Assembly: GCA_963814125.1 (NCBI GenBank)
Contig: CAWFBR010000001.1
Coordinates: forward strand, 218,340-282,339
DNA from: an uncultured Chloroflexia bacterium
GTDB lineage: Bacteria; Chloroflexota; Limnocylindria; Limnocylindrales; CSP1-4
Length of the DNA: 64,000 bases
Reading direction: 5' to 3'
The number at the start of each line of letters is the position of its first letter. The stretch's first letter is position 1. Under the pieces are notes generated by a model. That model had not been told where the DNA came from, made no database searches, and saw only the letters and a program-made list of their open reading frames with translations. Both the position numbers and the translations under genes were made by a program. Below, in pieces: positions 28,507-41,020 of the stretch.

Positions 28507-29507
28507 CAGGCCTGTGAGCCGAGGTACTTCTTGAAGAAGTCGAAGTGCTCGAGGGCCACACCCGTGCCAAGCGCGACGCAATGCAAGGCGTTGTCGGCGA
28601 CGTGGCAGGGCACGCCCGTGACCTGGGTGAGCAGCTTGTCGATGTTCCGCAGCAGCGAGCCGCCGCCTGACATGACCATGCCCTTGTCGATGATGTCGCT
28701 GGAAAGCTCGGGCGGCGTCTGTTCGAGAACGAGCCGGACCGCGCCGATGATTTGCTGGAGCGGCGGCTCGAGGGCCTCCATGACCTCCGTGCTGTCCATC
28801 GGGATCGTTCGCGGCAGACCCGCGATGAGGTCGCGGCCCCGGACATCCATGGTGAGGTCCCGCTCGAGAGGCAGGGCCGTTCCGATCTGGATCTTGACCT
28901 CTTCCGCGGTTCGGTCGCCGATCATGAGGTTGTACTTCTTGCGGACGTAGCTGGCGATCGCCTCGTCCATCTTGTTGCCGCCAACCCGGAGGCTGGTCGA
29001 CACGACGATGGCGCCCAACGAAATGACTGCGATCTCGCTGGTCCCGCCGCCGATATCGATGACCATCGACCCGGACGGGCCGCTGATGGGTACGTTGGCG
29101 CCGATCGCCGCCGCCAGCGGCTCCTCGATCAGGTATGCCTCGGCAGCGCCCGCTTTGAGAGCGGCGTCGCGAACGGCGCGTTTCTCGACGCTGGTCACGC
29201 CGGCAGGAACGCTGATCATGACCTCCGGCTTGCCCCAGCCGAAACGACGTCCCTGCTGGACGCGGTGGATGAAGTGGTCCAGGAGCGCCTCCGTGATGAC
29301 GTAGTCCGCGATGACGCCGTCCCGCATCGGCCGAATGGCCTGGATGTTGCCGGGCGTTCGGCCGATCATCTCGCGGGCCTCTTCGCCGACCGCCACGATG
29401 TGGTTCTGATCGTCGACGGCGACTACGGAGGGTTCCTGCATGACGATGCCGTGGCCCTTCACGTAGACGATGATGTTGGCCGTGCCGAGGTCGATGCCGA
29501 TCTTCAT
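28506..29507 (-). CDS. mreB: Rod-shape determining actin homolog MreB
   Basis: MKIGIDLGTANIIVYVKGHGIV… and actin-fold phosphate motifs, 333 aa. Confidence 0.92.
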   Translation of the reverse strand: MKIGIDLGTANIIVYVKGHGIVMQEPSVVAVDDQNHIVAVGEEAREMIGRTPGNIQAIRPMRDGVIADYVITEALLDHFIHRVQQGRRFGWGKPEVMISVPAGVTSVEKRAVRDAALKAGAAEAYLIEEPLAAAIGANVPISGPSGSMVIDIGGGTSEIAVISLGAIVVSTSLRVGGNKMDEAIASYVRKKYNLMIGDRTAEEVKIQIGTALPLERDLTMDVRGRDLIAGLPRTIPMDSTEVMEALEPPLQQIIGAVRLVLEQTPPELSSDIIDKGMVMSGGGSLLRNIDKLLTQVTGVPCHVADNALHCVALGTGVALEHFDFFKKYLGSQA

Positions 29508-29516
29508 GCCGAAGTG

Positions 29517-30845
29517 CTACGTCCCTTCCGAAATGCGTTCGATCCTGGCCCCGAGTTCCAGGAATTTCGCGTCGATCTTCTCATAGCCGCGATGGACATG
29601 ATGCGCGCCGCGAATCGTAGTCACGCCGCCGGCGGCAAGGGCAGCAAGGATAAGCGACGCACCGGCCCGAAGATCGCCGATTTCGACCTCGACGCCGTGG
29701 AGCGGAGTGGGCCCGTTGATGACGGCGTGGTGCTGGTCCTCGATTTCGACGCTGGCGCCCATGCGACGCAGCTCGCCAAGCCACTCCAGCCGGTCCTCGA
29801 AGACCGACTCGTGGACATGGCTCGTGCCATCGGCCTGCGTAAGCAGGACGCACGTGGGCGGCTGGAGGTCCGTGGCGAGGCCCGGATAGGGCCGGGTTTC
29901 GATGTCGCGACAACGAAGGGATCCGAGGTCGGCTGATGTGGCATCGACCTCGATCAGGCCCGCGGTGCAACTCACGGCGACGCCGACCTGTTCCATGACG
30001 CTGAGGAAGGCACCCAGATGGCCGAACTCGGCGCCCCGAAGGGTGATCCGGCCGTGCGTCACGCCGGCGGCGACGATGAAGGTCCCAGCCTCGATCCGAT
30101 CGGGCACGACCGAATGATCGGCACCCCGCAGGCGCCGGCGCCCGTCGATTTCGATCCGGTCCGGGGCCGTGCGCTCGATCTGCGCGCCCATCTTCTGCAG
30201 GAAGGCAATGAGGTCGTCGACCTCCGGCTCCTGCGCGGCCGGCTCGATGACCGTATGGCCGTCTGCCAGGACCGCAGCCAGCATCGCGTTCTCGGTTCCC
30301 ATGACGGTGATCTGAGGGAACTCGATCAGGCCGCCCCGGAGCCGACCCGGAGCCTTGGCGAAGTAGTATCCGTTGCGGTAATCGATCTCCGCTCCGAGAG
30401 CACGCATTGCGTCGACGTGCAGGTTCACCGGTCGCCGGCCGATGCGGTCGCCGCCCGGGTTGCTGATGATCACGCGCCCGAATCGCGCCAGTAGCGGCCC
30501 CAGCAGGATGAAGCTCGCCCGCATCTTGGCCGCGGCCTCGAGCGGCACGAAGAGCCACTCGGCGTCGGCGGAGGCGATCTCGTAGACGTTCGGCTCGGGG
30601 TGGTCCACGGTCACGCCGATGTCCGTCAGAACCTCGGTGAGAACACGGACGTCTTCGATCTCCGGTACGTTGGTGAAGCGACAGCGCTCCCCGGTCAGCG
30701 TGGCGGCGGCCATCAGCTTCAGGGCCGCGTTCTTCGCCCCGCTGATCGCGACGGAACCTTCCAGGCGGTGGCCGCCCTCGATCCGCAGCACCTCGCGGGT
30801 GACGGGCCCCGGCTTGAACTCCCAGTGGAATGGACGGTCGGCCAT
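29517..30845 (-). CDS. murA: UDP-N-acetylglucosamine 1-carboxyvinyltransferase
   Basis: EPSP-synthase-fold MurA signature along the full length (442 aa), including the active-site Cys region. Confidence 0.92.
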   Translation of the reverse strand: MADRPFHWEFKPGPVTREVLRIEGGHRLEGSVAISGAKNAALKLMAAATLTGERCRFTNVPEIEDVRVLTEVLTDIGVTVDHPEPNVYEIASADAEWLFVPLEAAAKMRASFILLGPLLARFGRVIISNPGGDRIGRRPVNLHVDAMRALGAEIDYRNGYYFAKAPGRLRGGLIEFPQITVMGTENAMLAAVLADGHTVIEPAAQEPEVDDLIAFLQKMGAQIERTAPDRIEIDGRRRLRGADHSVVPDRIEAGTFIVAAGVTHGRITLRGAEFGHLGAFLSVMEQVGVAVSCTAGLIEVDATSADLGSLRCRDIETRPYPGLATDLQPPTCVLLTQADGTSHVHESVFEDRLEWLGELRRMGASVEIEDQHHAVINGPTPLHGVEVEIGDLRAGASLILAALAAGGVTTIRGAHHVHRGYEKIDAKFLELGARIERISEGT

Positions 30846-30848
30846 GCG

Positions 30849-31328
30849 CTACCCGCCCGGGGGCTTCGCGTTGCGAGGCGGAGTGGCACGCCGCAGCGCC
30901 TCCCGCTCGCTTCGGGCCGTCCCTCGGGGCCCGCGCTCGGCCACTCGAATCCGCACCAGGGCCCGCTGCAGTGCGGCCCGGGCGGCAGACAAATCGACCG
31001 GCTCCACGAAGCCACCCTCGATCGCGTTCTGGGAATCGGCCCGGGCGCGTTCGGCGCGCTCCAGATCGATCTCCGAGGCCATGTCCGCGGTTTCGGCCAG
31101 CACGACGACGCGATCCGGCCGAACCTGGATGAAGCCGCCGAAGATCGCGAAGAGCTCCTCTTCCCCACCCCGCCTGAGACGCAGCACGCCCTGGCCGAGC
31201 AGTGAGATCAAGGGTGCGTGGTTGGGCAGGATACCCATCTCGCCCTCACTGCCGGGCACAATGACCTCATCGACGTCGCCTTCGAAGGCTCGTCGCTCCG
31301 GGGTGACTATCTCCAGATGCAAAGGCAT
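30849..31328 (-). CDS. atpC: F1 ATP synthase epsilon subunit
   Basis: MPLHLEIVTPERRAFEGDVDEVIVPGSEGEMGILPNHAPL…. Confidence 0.85.
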   Translation of the reverse strand: MPLHLEIVTPERRAFEGDVDEVIVPGSEGEMGILPNHAPLISLLGQGVLRLRRGGEEELFAIFGGFIQVRPDRVVVLAETADMASEIDLERAERARADSQNAIEGGFVEPVDLSAARAALQRALVRIRVAERGPRGTARSEREALRRATPPRNAKPPGG

Positions 31329-31417
31329 CGCTATTCCCTACTTCTCCCTGCACGAGTTGCGACGCCTTGTCGCTGCCCGGCGACGCCGCGCCCAGCAAGC
31401 CGGGCACGCAGTGCGCA

Positions 31418-32935
<1,518 letters not shown>

Positions 32936-33787
32936 CTAACGCGCCCGTGCGCCGGACGCGATCTCGATCAACTCTCTGGTGATGTTGGCCTGGCGAGCTT
33001 TGTTGTAGCTCAGTGTCAGGTCGTCTATGAGCTCATCCGCGTTCTCGGTGGCGTTCTTCATCGCGACCATCTGGCTGGAGAAGAAGCTGGCGCAGCTCTC
33101 CAACGCAGTCTGATAGAGCCTGGCCCCAATGTAACGAGGCAGTAGCTCCTGCAGGACCTCCGCCGGCGCGGGTTCGAAGATGAATTGGGCGCCGGGAATG
33201 CCGCGAGTGTCCGCACTCGCTTTGATCGGCAGGAGCTGAACCATGTCGGCCCGCTGGACCAGGGTCGAGACGAACCTCGTGAAGATGATGTCGACCTGGT
33301 TGTAGGTGCCGTACTCGTACTCGTCGGTGACGAGTCGGGCCAGAGGCAGAATCTCGTCGAACGTTGCGCGGTCGCCGAAGCCCGGGAAGTGAGCTACGAT
33401 CGGAACGCGGGCCCGGCGCATCGCGTCGCGGCCCTTCCGACCGACGCTGACCAGCTCCAGATCCCCGGGATGGTCCACGATCTCCTTTGCCGCGAAACGG
33501 ACGATGTTGGTGTTGAGGGGTCCCGCCAGGCCACGGTCGCTTGTGATGAGGACGATGAGGCGCTTCCCGTGTTCTCGCCGGCTGAGGAGTGGGTGTTCGT
33601 CGCCGCGCAGGACGGCAGCCAGGTCTGCCAGGATCTCGTCGATCAGCTCCGAGTAAGGCCGCGCCGCGAGCGTCGACTCCTGGGCGCGGCGGAGCTTCGA
33701 CGCTGCCACGAATTGCATCGCCCGGGTGATCTGCCTGATGTTCCGCGAGGCGGTGATCCGCCTTCGGATGTCCCGTTGGCTTGGCAC
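32936..33787 (-). CDS. atpG: F1 ATP synthase gamma subunit
   Basis: MPSQRDIRRRITASRNIRQITRAMQFVAASKLRRAQ…. Confidence 0.9.
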   Translation of the reverse strand: MPSQRDIRRRITASRNIRQITRAMQFVAASKLRRAQESTLAARPYSELIDEILADLAAVLRGDEHPLLSRREHGKRLIVLITSDRGLAGPLNTNIVRFAAKEIVDHPGDLELVSVGRKGRDAMRRARVPIVAHFPGFGDRATFDEILPLARLVTDEYEYGTYNQVDIIFTRFVSTLVQRADMVQLLPIKASADTRGIPGAQFIFEPAPAEVLQELLPRYIGARLYQTALESCASFFSSQMVAMKNATENADELIDDLTLSYNKARQANITRELIEIASGARAR

Positions 33788-33865
33788 GCTGGTCCTGTCT
33801 ACTCCCTATCGTGAGCTGGTCTGATGGAGCCGCCCCGCACCATGCGAGGAAGGTGACCTTCCCCG

Positions 33866-35398
33866 CTACGCGAGGAAGGTCTTGCGGAAGTCCTTTGCCG
33901 CAGCTTCCAGAGCCGATGCGGTCTCGTCGTCGAGAACCTTCGTCGTGGCGATCTTGCGCATGACCTTCTCGTGCTCGGCCTCGAGGAAGCGCGTGAACTG
34001 CGTCTCGAAGTCGCGGACGCGTGGCGTCGGAATGTCGTCCAGCAGGCCGTTCGTGGCCACGTAGAGAATTGCTACCTGGCGCTCCAGGGGTACCGGCTGA
34101 TATTGCGGCTGCTTAACGACCTCCGACAGCTTCTCGCCGCGTGTGAGCTGATCGCGCGTGGCCTTGTCCAGGTCCGACGCGAATTGGGCGAAGGCCGCAA
34201 GAGAGCGGTACTGGGCCAGCTCGAGCTTGAGCGGCGCGGCCACTCTCTTCATGGCCGGGGTCTGCGCCGCGGAGCCGACGCGCGACACCGAGACGCCGAT
34301 GTTGAGCGCGGGTCTCTGGCCCGAGTTGAATAGATCAGTCTCCAGGAATATCTGGCCGTCCGTGATGGAGATCACGTTCGTCGGGATGTAGGCCGAGATG
34401 TCCCCCGCCTGGGTTTCGATCAGTGGCAGGGCCGTGAGCGAACCTCCGCCGTTCGCCTCGCTCATGCGAGCGGCCCGCTCCAGCAACCGGCTGTGAAGGT
34501 AGAAGACATCGCCGGGGTACGCCTCGCGGCCCGGTGGGCGTCGCAGCAGCAGCGACATCTCGCGATAGGCCCAGGCGTGCTTGGAGAGGTCGTCGTAGAC
34601 GCAGAGTGCGTCCTTGACGATATGGCCGTCGATCTCGACGCCGTTCTCCATGACCTCCTCGCCCATGGCGCAGCCGGAATACGGGGCGAGGAACTGGAGA
34701 GCGGCCGACTCCTCTGCGCCGGCAACCACGACAATCGTGTGTTCCATTGCCCCGTGCTGGTCGAGGACCGCCACGACCTTGGCGACGGTCGAGAGCTTCT
34801 GGCCGATAGCGACGTAGATGCAGACGAGGCCTTTGCCCTTCTGGTTGATGATCGTGTCCACGGCGAGGGCGCTCTTGCCGGTCTGGCGGTCACCGATGAT
34901 CAGCTCGCGCTGACCGCGGCCGAGGGGGATCAGGGCGTCGATGGCCTTGATGCCGGTCTGGACGGGCGTGTCGACCCGCTGGCGGGTGATGACGCCCGGG
35001 GCGATGCGCTCCACCGGGCGGGTCGAGGAGTGGACGATCGGACCCTTGTCGTCCAGGGGTCGACCTAGAGGGTCGACCACGCGGCCGAGCAAGCCGACCC
35101 CAACCGGCACCTCCACGACGCGACCCGTGGTCTTGACCGTGTCACCCTGCTTGATATGGGTCGGGTCGCCGAGAATGACCGCGCCGACGGTCTCCTCCTC
35201 CAGGTTCAGGGCAATCCCCATCACGCCGCCTGGGAACTCCAGCAGCTCGGAGGACAGAGCGCCGGACAGGCCGTAGATCTGGGCGATGCCGTCGCCGACC
35301 TCGACCACCGTGCCGACGCTGCGCGACTCCGCGCCTGTGTCGAAACGTTCGATCGTGTCCCTGATGATGCTGACGATCTCGTCTGAGCGACTGGCCAT
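33866..35398 (-). CDS. atpA: F1 ATP synthase alpha subunit
   Basis: Walker [10 protein letters not shown] and alpha-specific motifs, 510 aa. Confidence 0.95.
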   Translation of the reverse strand: MASRSDEIVSIIRDTIERFDTGAESRSVGTVVEVGDGIAQIYGLSGALSSELLEFPGGVMGIALNLEEETVGAVILGDPTHIKQGDTVKTTGRVVEVPVGVGLLGRVVDPLGRPLDDKGPIVHSSTRPVERIAPGVITRQRVDTPVQTGIKAIDALIPLGRGQRELIIGDRQTGKSALAVDTIINQKGKGLVCIYVAIGQKLSTVAKVVAVLDQHGAMEHTIVVVAGAEESAALQFLAPYSGCAMGEEVMENGVEIDGHIVKDALCVYDDLSKHAWAYREMSLLLRRPPGREAYPGDVFYLHSRLLERAARMSEANGGGSLTALPLIETQAGDISAYIPTNVISITDGQIFLETDLFNSGQRPALNIGVSVSRVGSAAQTPAMKRVAAPLKLELAQYRSLAAFAQFASDLDKATRDQLTRGEKLSEVVKQPQYQPVPLERQVAILYVATNGLLDDIPTPRVRDFETQFTRFLEAEHEKVMRKIATTKVLDDETASALEAAAKDFRKTFLA

Positions 35399-35446
35399 TC
35401 CTTCTCCGTTGGGCCGCGGGACTTGCCGCCGTTGCGGCGCCTGCTG

Positions 35447-35989
35447 TTAGCTCGTTCCCCCAAGCAACTGCTTGCGCAGCCGGGTGAGGCGGGTGCTCAC
35501 GCTGGCATCGATCTGCCAGTCGCCGATATTCACGCAAAGACCGCCCATGAGCGACGGATCGATTGTCGCGCTCAGCTCGACCTTTGCCTTGGCCAGCTGC
35601 TCCACGCGCGCCTGAACCGCCGCAAGCTCCCCGGCTGATAGGGGCGATGCCGTCGTCACGGTCGCCCCGACGATACCCCGGGACCGCCGAACGAGTTCAT
35701 CGAATTCGTCGCTTACCTGGGGAAGCAGCCCGAACCGGCCTCGCTGAGCCAGGACCAGGGCGAGGTTCAGGGCCGTCCCTGAGACGTGCGGGCCAAGCAG
35801 GGCCTCTACCGCCTTGCGGCGATGAACGAAGGCCACGGCCGGGCTGTCGATGGCGCGAGCCACGCTCTCATGCTGTGCCAGCTCGCAGGCCACAGCCAGG
35901 TCTTTTCGCCACTCGTCGACGGTTCCGTCACGTTCGGCCAGCTCGAAGGCCGCCTCCGCGTAGCGCCGGCTGGCTCCCAGGCGCCGCAT
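35447..35989 (-). CDS. atpH: ATP synthase delta (OSCP) subunit
   Basis: OSCP-like, 180 aa, positioned between atpF and atpA. Confidence 0.8.
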   Translation of the reverse strand: MRRLGASRRYAEAAFELAERDGTVDEWRKDLAVACELAQHESVARAIDSPAVAFVHRRKAVEALLGPHVSGTALNLALVLAQRGRFGLLPQVSDEFDELVRRSRGIVGATVTTASPLSAGELAAVQARVEQLAKAKVELSATIDPSLMGGLCVNIGDWQIDASVSTRLTRLRKQLLGGTS

Positions 35990-36543
35990 CAGTTGGCTCG
36001 CCTCGGATCGGTCGCGCCTTCATCGCGCAGGAAGTCCTCGACGAGTCGCCGCTGGCGAGGGGCCGTCATCGTCTCGCCTACCACCTTGGCGGCCGCCTCG
36101 AGAGCAAGATCGGCGACGTAACCGCGGAGCTCTGCCATCGCGCGATCCCGCTCCGCCGCGATGTCGGCCACCGCCTTCTCGCGCAGGCGATCGAGCTCGG
36201 CCTTCGTCGCGGCGATATTGGCCTCGCGAAGCTGCTGCGCGGCGTGCTGATTCGCGGCCACGAGCGCATTGGCCTCGCGGCGCGCTTCCTGGATGAGGCG
36301 CTCGCGCTCCAGGACCGCGATGTCGCGATCTCTGCGGGCCTGCTCCGCGTCCGCGAGGCCCTGGTCGACGCGGGCCTTGCGCTCGGCAAGCATTTTCGCG
36401 ATCGGGTCGAAGCCGAACCGCCAGATCACCACAAGGAAGACGATGAAGTTGAGGGCAGCGACGATGACCCAGAAGACGTTGATCGACAGGCCCGACGCGT
36501 CGGACGCGGGCGCTGCTGTCGCAACGGCCGCCAGGGGGTTCAC
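35989..36543 (-). CDS. atpF: ATP synthase Fo subunit b
   Basis: Single N-terminal TM helix plus a long charged coiled-coil (…ERKARVDQGLADAEQARRDRD…). Confidence 0.8.
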   Translation of the reverse strand: MNPLAAVATAAPASDASGLSINVFWVIVAALNFIVFLVVIWRFGFDPIAKMLAERKARVDQGLADAEQARRDRDIAVLERERLIQEARREANALVAANQHAAQQLREANIAATKAELDRLREKAVADIAAERDRAMAELRGYVADLALEAAAKVVGETMTAPRQRRLVEDFLRDEGATDPRRAN

Positions 36544-36566
36544 GATATGCGCTCCGTCGGTCCGGT

Positions 36567-36782
36567 CTACTTGATGAAGAGGGCGAGCAGGCCGACGACG
36601 ATGGCGAGGACGCCGAGGCCTTCGGCGAGGGCGGCAAGGAGGATGGCCAGACCTCGGATCTGCCCTGCGGCGTCCGGGTTCCGCCCGATGGCGTTGCTGG
36701 ACATGCCCGCCAGGATGCCGATGCCGATGCCGGGGCCGATGACGCCCAGGGCCGCAAGGCCCGCTCCGATGTGTTCGACCAT
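36567..36782 (-). CDS. atpE: ATP synthase Fo subunit c
   Basis: MVEHIGAGLAALGVIGPGIGIGILAGMSSNAIGRNPDAAGQIRGLAILLAALAEGLGVLAIVVGLLALF is a c-ring hairpin with the conserved carboxylate. The track ORF is extended upstream spuriously. Confidence 0.85.
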   Translation of the reverse strand: MVEHIGAGLAALGVIGPGIGIGILAGMSSNAIGRNPDAAGQIRGLAILLAALAEGLGVLAIVVGLLALFIK

Positions 36783-36823
36783 TTGGGTGATCCTCCTTCG
36801 AAGGTATGTGTCGGCCGGTGGTG

Positions 36824-37888
36824 TCAGGCCCGAGTGGCGGTAGTTCTTGAGGCGCCGGCTGGCGCCCTGGATGAAGGGGCCGGGTCGATCGTCGGGCGGT
36901 GAGCCTCCTGGGGCTCGTGGCTCTCGACGGCCATAAGTATGAAGACGAGCGTCAGGATCGAGAAGATGAGCGCCTGAATGAGGTTCAGAAGTAGTTCCAG
37001 GCCCATGAGGGCGACAGGGAACACCGCCAGAGTAAGCGCGGTTATGACAGCGAGGGCAACCTCTCCGCCGTAGATGTTGCCGAAGAGTCGCATGGCCAGG
37101 ACTACGGGCTTGACGAACTCGAGGAACAGCTCGATGAAGCCGACGTACATGGCCAGGAGACCGGTCCCCAGGCCATGGCGGAATTCCCCAATCGGAAAGA
37201 ACTTGCTCAAGTAGGCCCGCGCTCCGCACCGCCGGAAACCTTCACCCTCGAAGATGGCGAAGGAGACGACGGCCAGCCCGATGGTCACGTTTACGTCGCT
37301 GGTGGGAGCGCGAAGCTGCGGGATCGAGCCGATGGGCGGTATCAAGCCGCTCCAGTTGCAGGCCAGGATCAGCACGAAGAAAGCGGCGAAGATCGGATAG
37401 TAGCGGCGCGTTCCATCCCCGCCGAAGCCGCCGGTGAAGTCCATTCCAAACTCGTAGGCCCATTCGATCGCGTTCTGGACGCCTCCGGGCACCAGCTTCA
37501 TACGCCTCGTCGCGAGGAAGGCCAACAACATGAGAAGGATCATCACGATCCACATGGTCAGGATGGTCGAGCTTATGCTGGGGTGGAAGTAAAACATCGG
37601 CGCGGATGCGGGAGCGCCAGACGGCTGCAGGTCCACGACGACCTCGGGTGGCGGCAGCTCGATGACGCTGCGGACGAAGCAATCGGGGAAACTGCACGCC
37701 TGGCCGGGCTCACCGCCCTTTGGGAAAGGCGGCACCACCATGGCCGCGAGGACATCGAGCGCGACGACGGCCGCGACCAGGACCAGGAAGGCCTTGCCTC
37801 CGAAGCGCCTCGCGTGCGGAGTTGCGGGGGCGGCCGGCTGGCTTTCTTGTTGCCTGTTCGCGGACGCACCGCGGGGATCGATTGTCAC
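36824..37888 (-). CDS. atpB: ATP synthase Fo subunit a (with a long N-terminal extension if the start at 37888 is real)
   Basis: C-terminal TM4–TM5 region …LAMRLFGNIYGGEVALAV… with the conserved Arg. The N-terminal ~100 aa are atypical. Confidence 0.8.
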   Translation of the reverse strand: MTIDPRGASANRQQESQPAAPATPHARRFGGKAFLVLVAAVVALDVLAAMVVPPFPKGGEPGQACSFPDCFVRSVIELPPPEVVVDLQPSGAPASAPMFYFHPSISSTILTMWIVMILLMLLAFLATRRMKLVPGGVQNAIEWAYEFGMDFTGGFGGDGTRRYYPIFAAFFVLILACNWSGLIPPIGSIPQLRAPTSDVNVTIGLAVVSFAIFEGEGFRRCGARAYLSKFFPIGEFRHGLGTGLLAMYVGFIELFLEFVKPVVLAMRLFGNIYGGEVALAVITALTLAVFPVALMGLELLLNLIQALIFSILTLVFILMAVESHEPQEAHRPTIDPAPSSRAPAGASRTTATRA

Positions 37889-37927
37889 ACTCGCTCCGCT
37901 AGGAAGCGGCCCTCGAGAGGCGCCGCG

Positions 37928-38164
37928 TCATCGTCTGTCACCCGCGTCCAGGCGGGCCAGGAACCGGGCGATCAGTCGCCAGCAACCGATGGCTCCGCTG
38001 ACGGTTCCGATCGCGAATCCAACAAGAACGAAGATCGGGACGGTTCCCAGGCGCTGGTCGAGCCAGTAGCCGCCGAGAACGCCCGCCAGAACGGTGATAA
38101 GCAGAACGAACGCGATCTCGGAGAACAGGGCGACATAGGCGGATGTTTTACCGAAGTCGTTCAT
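37928..38164 (-). CDS. AtpI/AtpZ-like small membrane protein upstream of atpB
   Basis: MNDFGKTSAYVALFSEIAFVLLITVLAGVLGGYWLDQRLGTVPIFVLVGFAIG… is two-TM AtpZ-like. Call is based on position and topology. Confidence 0.5.
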   Translation of the reverse strand: MNDFGKTSAYVALFSEIAFVLLITVLAGVLGGYWLDQRLGTVPIFVLVGFAIGTVSGAIGCWRLIARFLARLDAGDRR

Positions 38165-38277
38165 CGGCTCCCTGGCAGGCCGCGGTGAGTGTAGCAGTGG
38201 CCCTACTCGAATGCTAAACCCGAGAGAACACCCCACCTGGAATCCGCGTAGCGCATCTTCGCCTGGAGGCCGCCCGG

Positions 38278-39459
38278 CTAGTCTTCGGGGGCCGCGAGAG
38301 GGGCTTCTGCGCCCGCGGCCGTGCTCTCGCCAGCCGGCGGCGGATCGTAGGAGTCGCGATCGAGATCCTCGCCGACCACGTTGCCACCGCCGCCCAGCTT
38401 TGTGATCAGGAATAGGACGAGACCGAAGAGCACGGCCAGTCCCATAAACGCGTACATCTGATTCCTGCCGGAGAGCCCCAGGGAGAGCAGGGCCAGCAGG
38501 CCGCAGACCCCGTATATGACGAGCACGGTGTTCCGATGAGACAGGCCCAGGTCGAGCAGCCGGTGATGGATGTGGCCGCGATCCGGGGCGAAAGGCGATC
38601 TGCCGGCGGCGAGACGCCGCACGATGATCCAGAAAGTGTCGATGATCGGCACACCCAACACGAGGGCCACCACGGCGATCTTCGCGGTTCCCAGGATCGA
38701 GAGAACGGCCAGGCAGTAGCCGACGAGCATGATGCCGCTGGTCCCGGCGAAGATCGACGCGGGGTGGAAATTCCAGCGCAGGAAGCCGGCCAGGGCGCCG
38801 GCGAGGATGAAGCAGAACATGGCAACGTACGGCTCAACGGGGTTGCCGGTCAGGCTGATGACGCCGAGGGTCAGGGCGGCAATCAGAGCGATTCCGGACG
38901 ACAGCCCGTCCAGGCCGTCGATGAAGTTGATGCTGTTGATCATGCCCACGATCCACAGCAGTGTCGCCACCGCGGCAACGGCGCCGGAGATTTCGAGGGT
39001 GCCGCTGGGATCGAGGGGATCGTTGACATGGGCGACGACCACTCCCAGAGCGACGGCGACGCTTGCCAGCAGGAACTGGCCCAGGAATTGCCAGCGGGCG
39101 CGGAGCTGGAGCCAGTCGTCCAGGAAGCCGAGGCCCGTGGCCAGAACCGCGCCACCGAGCAGCGCCAGGCTCTGAGGCCTCTTGACGATCTGCGGCGCCT
39201 CGACGAAGTGCATGCCGATGATGCTGTTGGCAAAGAGAAGAAGGCTCGACACGAAGACGAACCCCAGCAAGATGGCGATGCCACCGCCTCGAGCGATAGC
39301 CTGCTTGTTCACTCGCCGCGCTTCGGGCCGATCGACCATTCCGAAGCGACGGGCAAAATGCCCGACGATCGGCGTCGCCACCAGGGTGATCGCGGCGGCC
39401 AGGAAGAATCCGAATACGAGAGCCGGGAGTGCCTCGACCGCTTTCTCGTTCAGGCTCAT
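38278..39459 (-). CDS. Polyprenol-phosphate N-acetylhexosamine-1-phosphate transferase (WecA/MraY family, GT4)
   Basis: MraY/WecA family TM architecture and DD/DG motifs (…NSINFIDGLDGLSSG…). Its position upstream of the atp operon matches the mycobacterial rfe. Confidence 0.8.
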   Translation of the reverse strand: MSLNEKAVEALPALVFGFFLAAAITLVATPIVGHFARRFGMVDRPEARRVNKQAIARGGGIAILLGFVFVSSLLLFANSIIGMHFVEAPQIVKRPQSLALLGGAVLATGLGFLDDWLQLRARWQFLGQFLLASVAVALGVVVAHVNDPLDPSGTLEISGAVAAVATLLWIVGMINSINFIDGLDGLSSGIALIAALTLGVISLTGNPVEPYVAMFCFILAGALAGFLRWNFHPASIFAGTSGIMLVGYCLAVLSILGTAKIAVVALVLGVPIIDTFWIIVRRLAAGRSPFAPDRGHIHHRLLDLGLSHRNTVLVIYGVCGLLALLSLGLSGRNQMYAFMGLAVLFGLVLFLITKLGGGGNVVGEDLDRDSYDPPPAGESTAAGAEAPLAAPED

Positions 39460-39623
39460 CGGGCAGCCTGAGCAGCCGATCGAGCGTCGGTCCGGCGACC
39501 CATCTCAGGCCGGCAAGCAACCGCCCATTGCGACGTGACTGCCCGGATCCGCCTCGCCGTCCAAGGCACCGCGCACACGGGCCGGGCGACGCCGGGTGCT
39601 TGGGGCGAGTAGCTCGCCGTCGG

Positions 39624-40904
39624 TCAGTCCTCCTGGAGTCCCGGGACCGGGAAGCGCGTGCAGAGATCGCGCGCCAGCGCGGCAAGCTTGGCCTGCTCCG
39701 AAGGATCGTCGCGAGTGACGATGGCTTCGACGATCATGTCGCCGATGCTTCGCATCTCGGGCTCGCGGAAGCCGCGGCTGGTCGTTGCGGGCGTGCCTAC
39801 CCGAATCCCCGAGGCGATGTTGGGTGGGTTCTTGTCGAATGGGATGGCGTTCTTGTTGACGGTGATCCCGATCTCGTCAAGCAGGCGCTCCGCTTCGCGC
39901 CCGGTGACGCCGAGCGGCGTCACGTCGACGAGCATCAGGTGGTTGTCGGTGCCACCGGAGACGACCCGTGCGCCCTTCTCGGCCATCGTGGCCGCAAGGA
40001 GTTTCGCGTTGACGATCGTCTGGCGCTGATCCTCGCGATACTCGTCGGTTGCGGCAAGCCGCAAGGCGACCGCCTTGGCAGCGATAACGTGCATGAGCGG
40101 GCCGCCCTGGGTACCGGGGAAGACGCTCTTGTCGACGGCCTTGCCCAACTCTTCGCGGCAGAATATGAGCCCACCCCTCGGGCCCCGCAGCGTCTTGTGA
40201 GTGGTGGTGGTCACGATGTCGGCGTGGGGGAAGGGGCTCGGGTGGCAGCCGGCGGCCACGAGACCAGCGATGTGGGCCATGTCCACAAACAGGTAGGCGT
40301 CGACGCCGTGGGCGATGGCGGCCAGGCGCTCGAAGTCCAGGGTGCGCGGATAGGCGCTGGCGCCCGCGACGATCATCTTCGGCCGCACGTCCGCCGCTTG
40401 CCTCTCGAGCGCGTCGTAGTCGATCTGCTCGGTCACCGGATCGACGCCGTATGCGTGGACCTCGAACCATTTGCCGCTGAAGTTGACCGGCGACCCGTGG
40501 GTAAGGTGGCCACCGTGAGCCAGGCTCATGCCCAATATCTTGTCGCCCATCTCGAGGACGGACAGGTATGCGGCCATATTGGCCTGGGCGCCCGCGTGTG
40601 GCTGGACGTTCACATGCTCCGCGCCCGGGAAGAGGGCGAGGGCGCGGTCCTGGGCGAGGCGCTCTGCGACGTCAACGAACTCGCAGCCGCCGTAGTAGCG
40701 CTTTCCGGGGAGGCCTTCGGCGTACTTGTTGGTGAGAGGCGAACCCTGCGCCTCCATCACCGCGGCAAAGGTGTAGTTCTCGCTGGCGATCAGCTCGATC
40801 TTCCAGCGCTGGCGATCGGTCTCGCCGCGAATGGCCGCCCACAACTCGGGGTCGACATCGGCCAGCCGGGCCCAGGCGATTCCATCTCGACGCGCGATCG
40901 TCAT
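39624..40904 (-). CDS. glyA: Serine hydroxymethyltransferase
   Basis: Full-length SHMT including the PLP-lysine region [14 protein letters not shown]. Confidence 0.95.
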   Translation of the reverse strand: MTIARRDGIAWARLADVDPELWAAIRGETDRQRWKIELIASENYTFAAVMEAQGSPLTNKYAEGLPGKRYYGGCEFVDVAERLAQDRALALFPGAEHVNVQPHAGAQANMAAYLSVLEMGDKILGMSLAHGGHLTHGSPVNFSGKWFEVHAYGVDPVTEQIDYDALERQAADVRPKMIVAGASAYPRTLDFERLAAIAHGVDAYLFVDMAHIAGLVAAGCHPSPFPHADIVTTTTHKTLRGPRGGLIFCREELGKAVDKSVFPGTQGGPLMHVIAAKAVALRLAATDEYREDQRQTIVNAKLLAATMAEKGARVVSGGTDNHLMLVDVTPLGVTGREAERLLDEIGITVNKNAIPFDKNPPNIASGIRVGTPATTSRGFREPEMRSIGDMIVEAIVTRDDPSEQAKLAALARDLCTRFPVPGLQED

Positions 40905-41020
40905 GCCGCCTCCTTGCCCGGCCGGCGCAGCCGGCGCCTAACCATCCTTTTCGACGTGCGCGGGACCGGGTCGAGCCTATTGTCGCCGAACAGGGCGACC
41001 GGCGTGGTATGGCGGGATCG

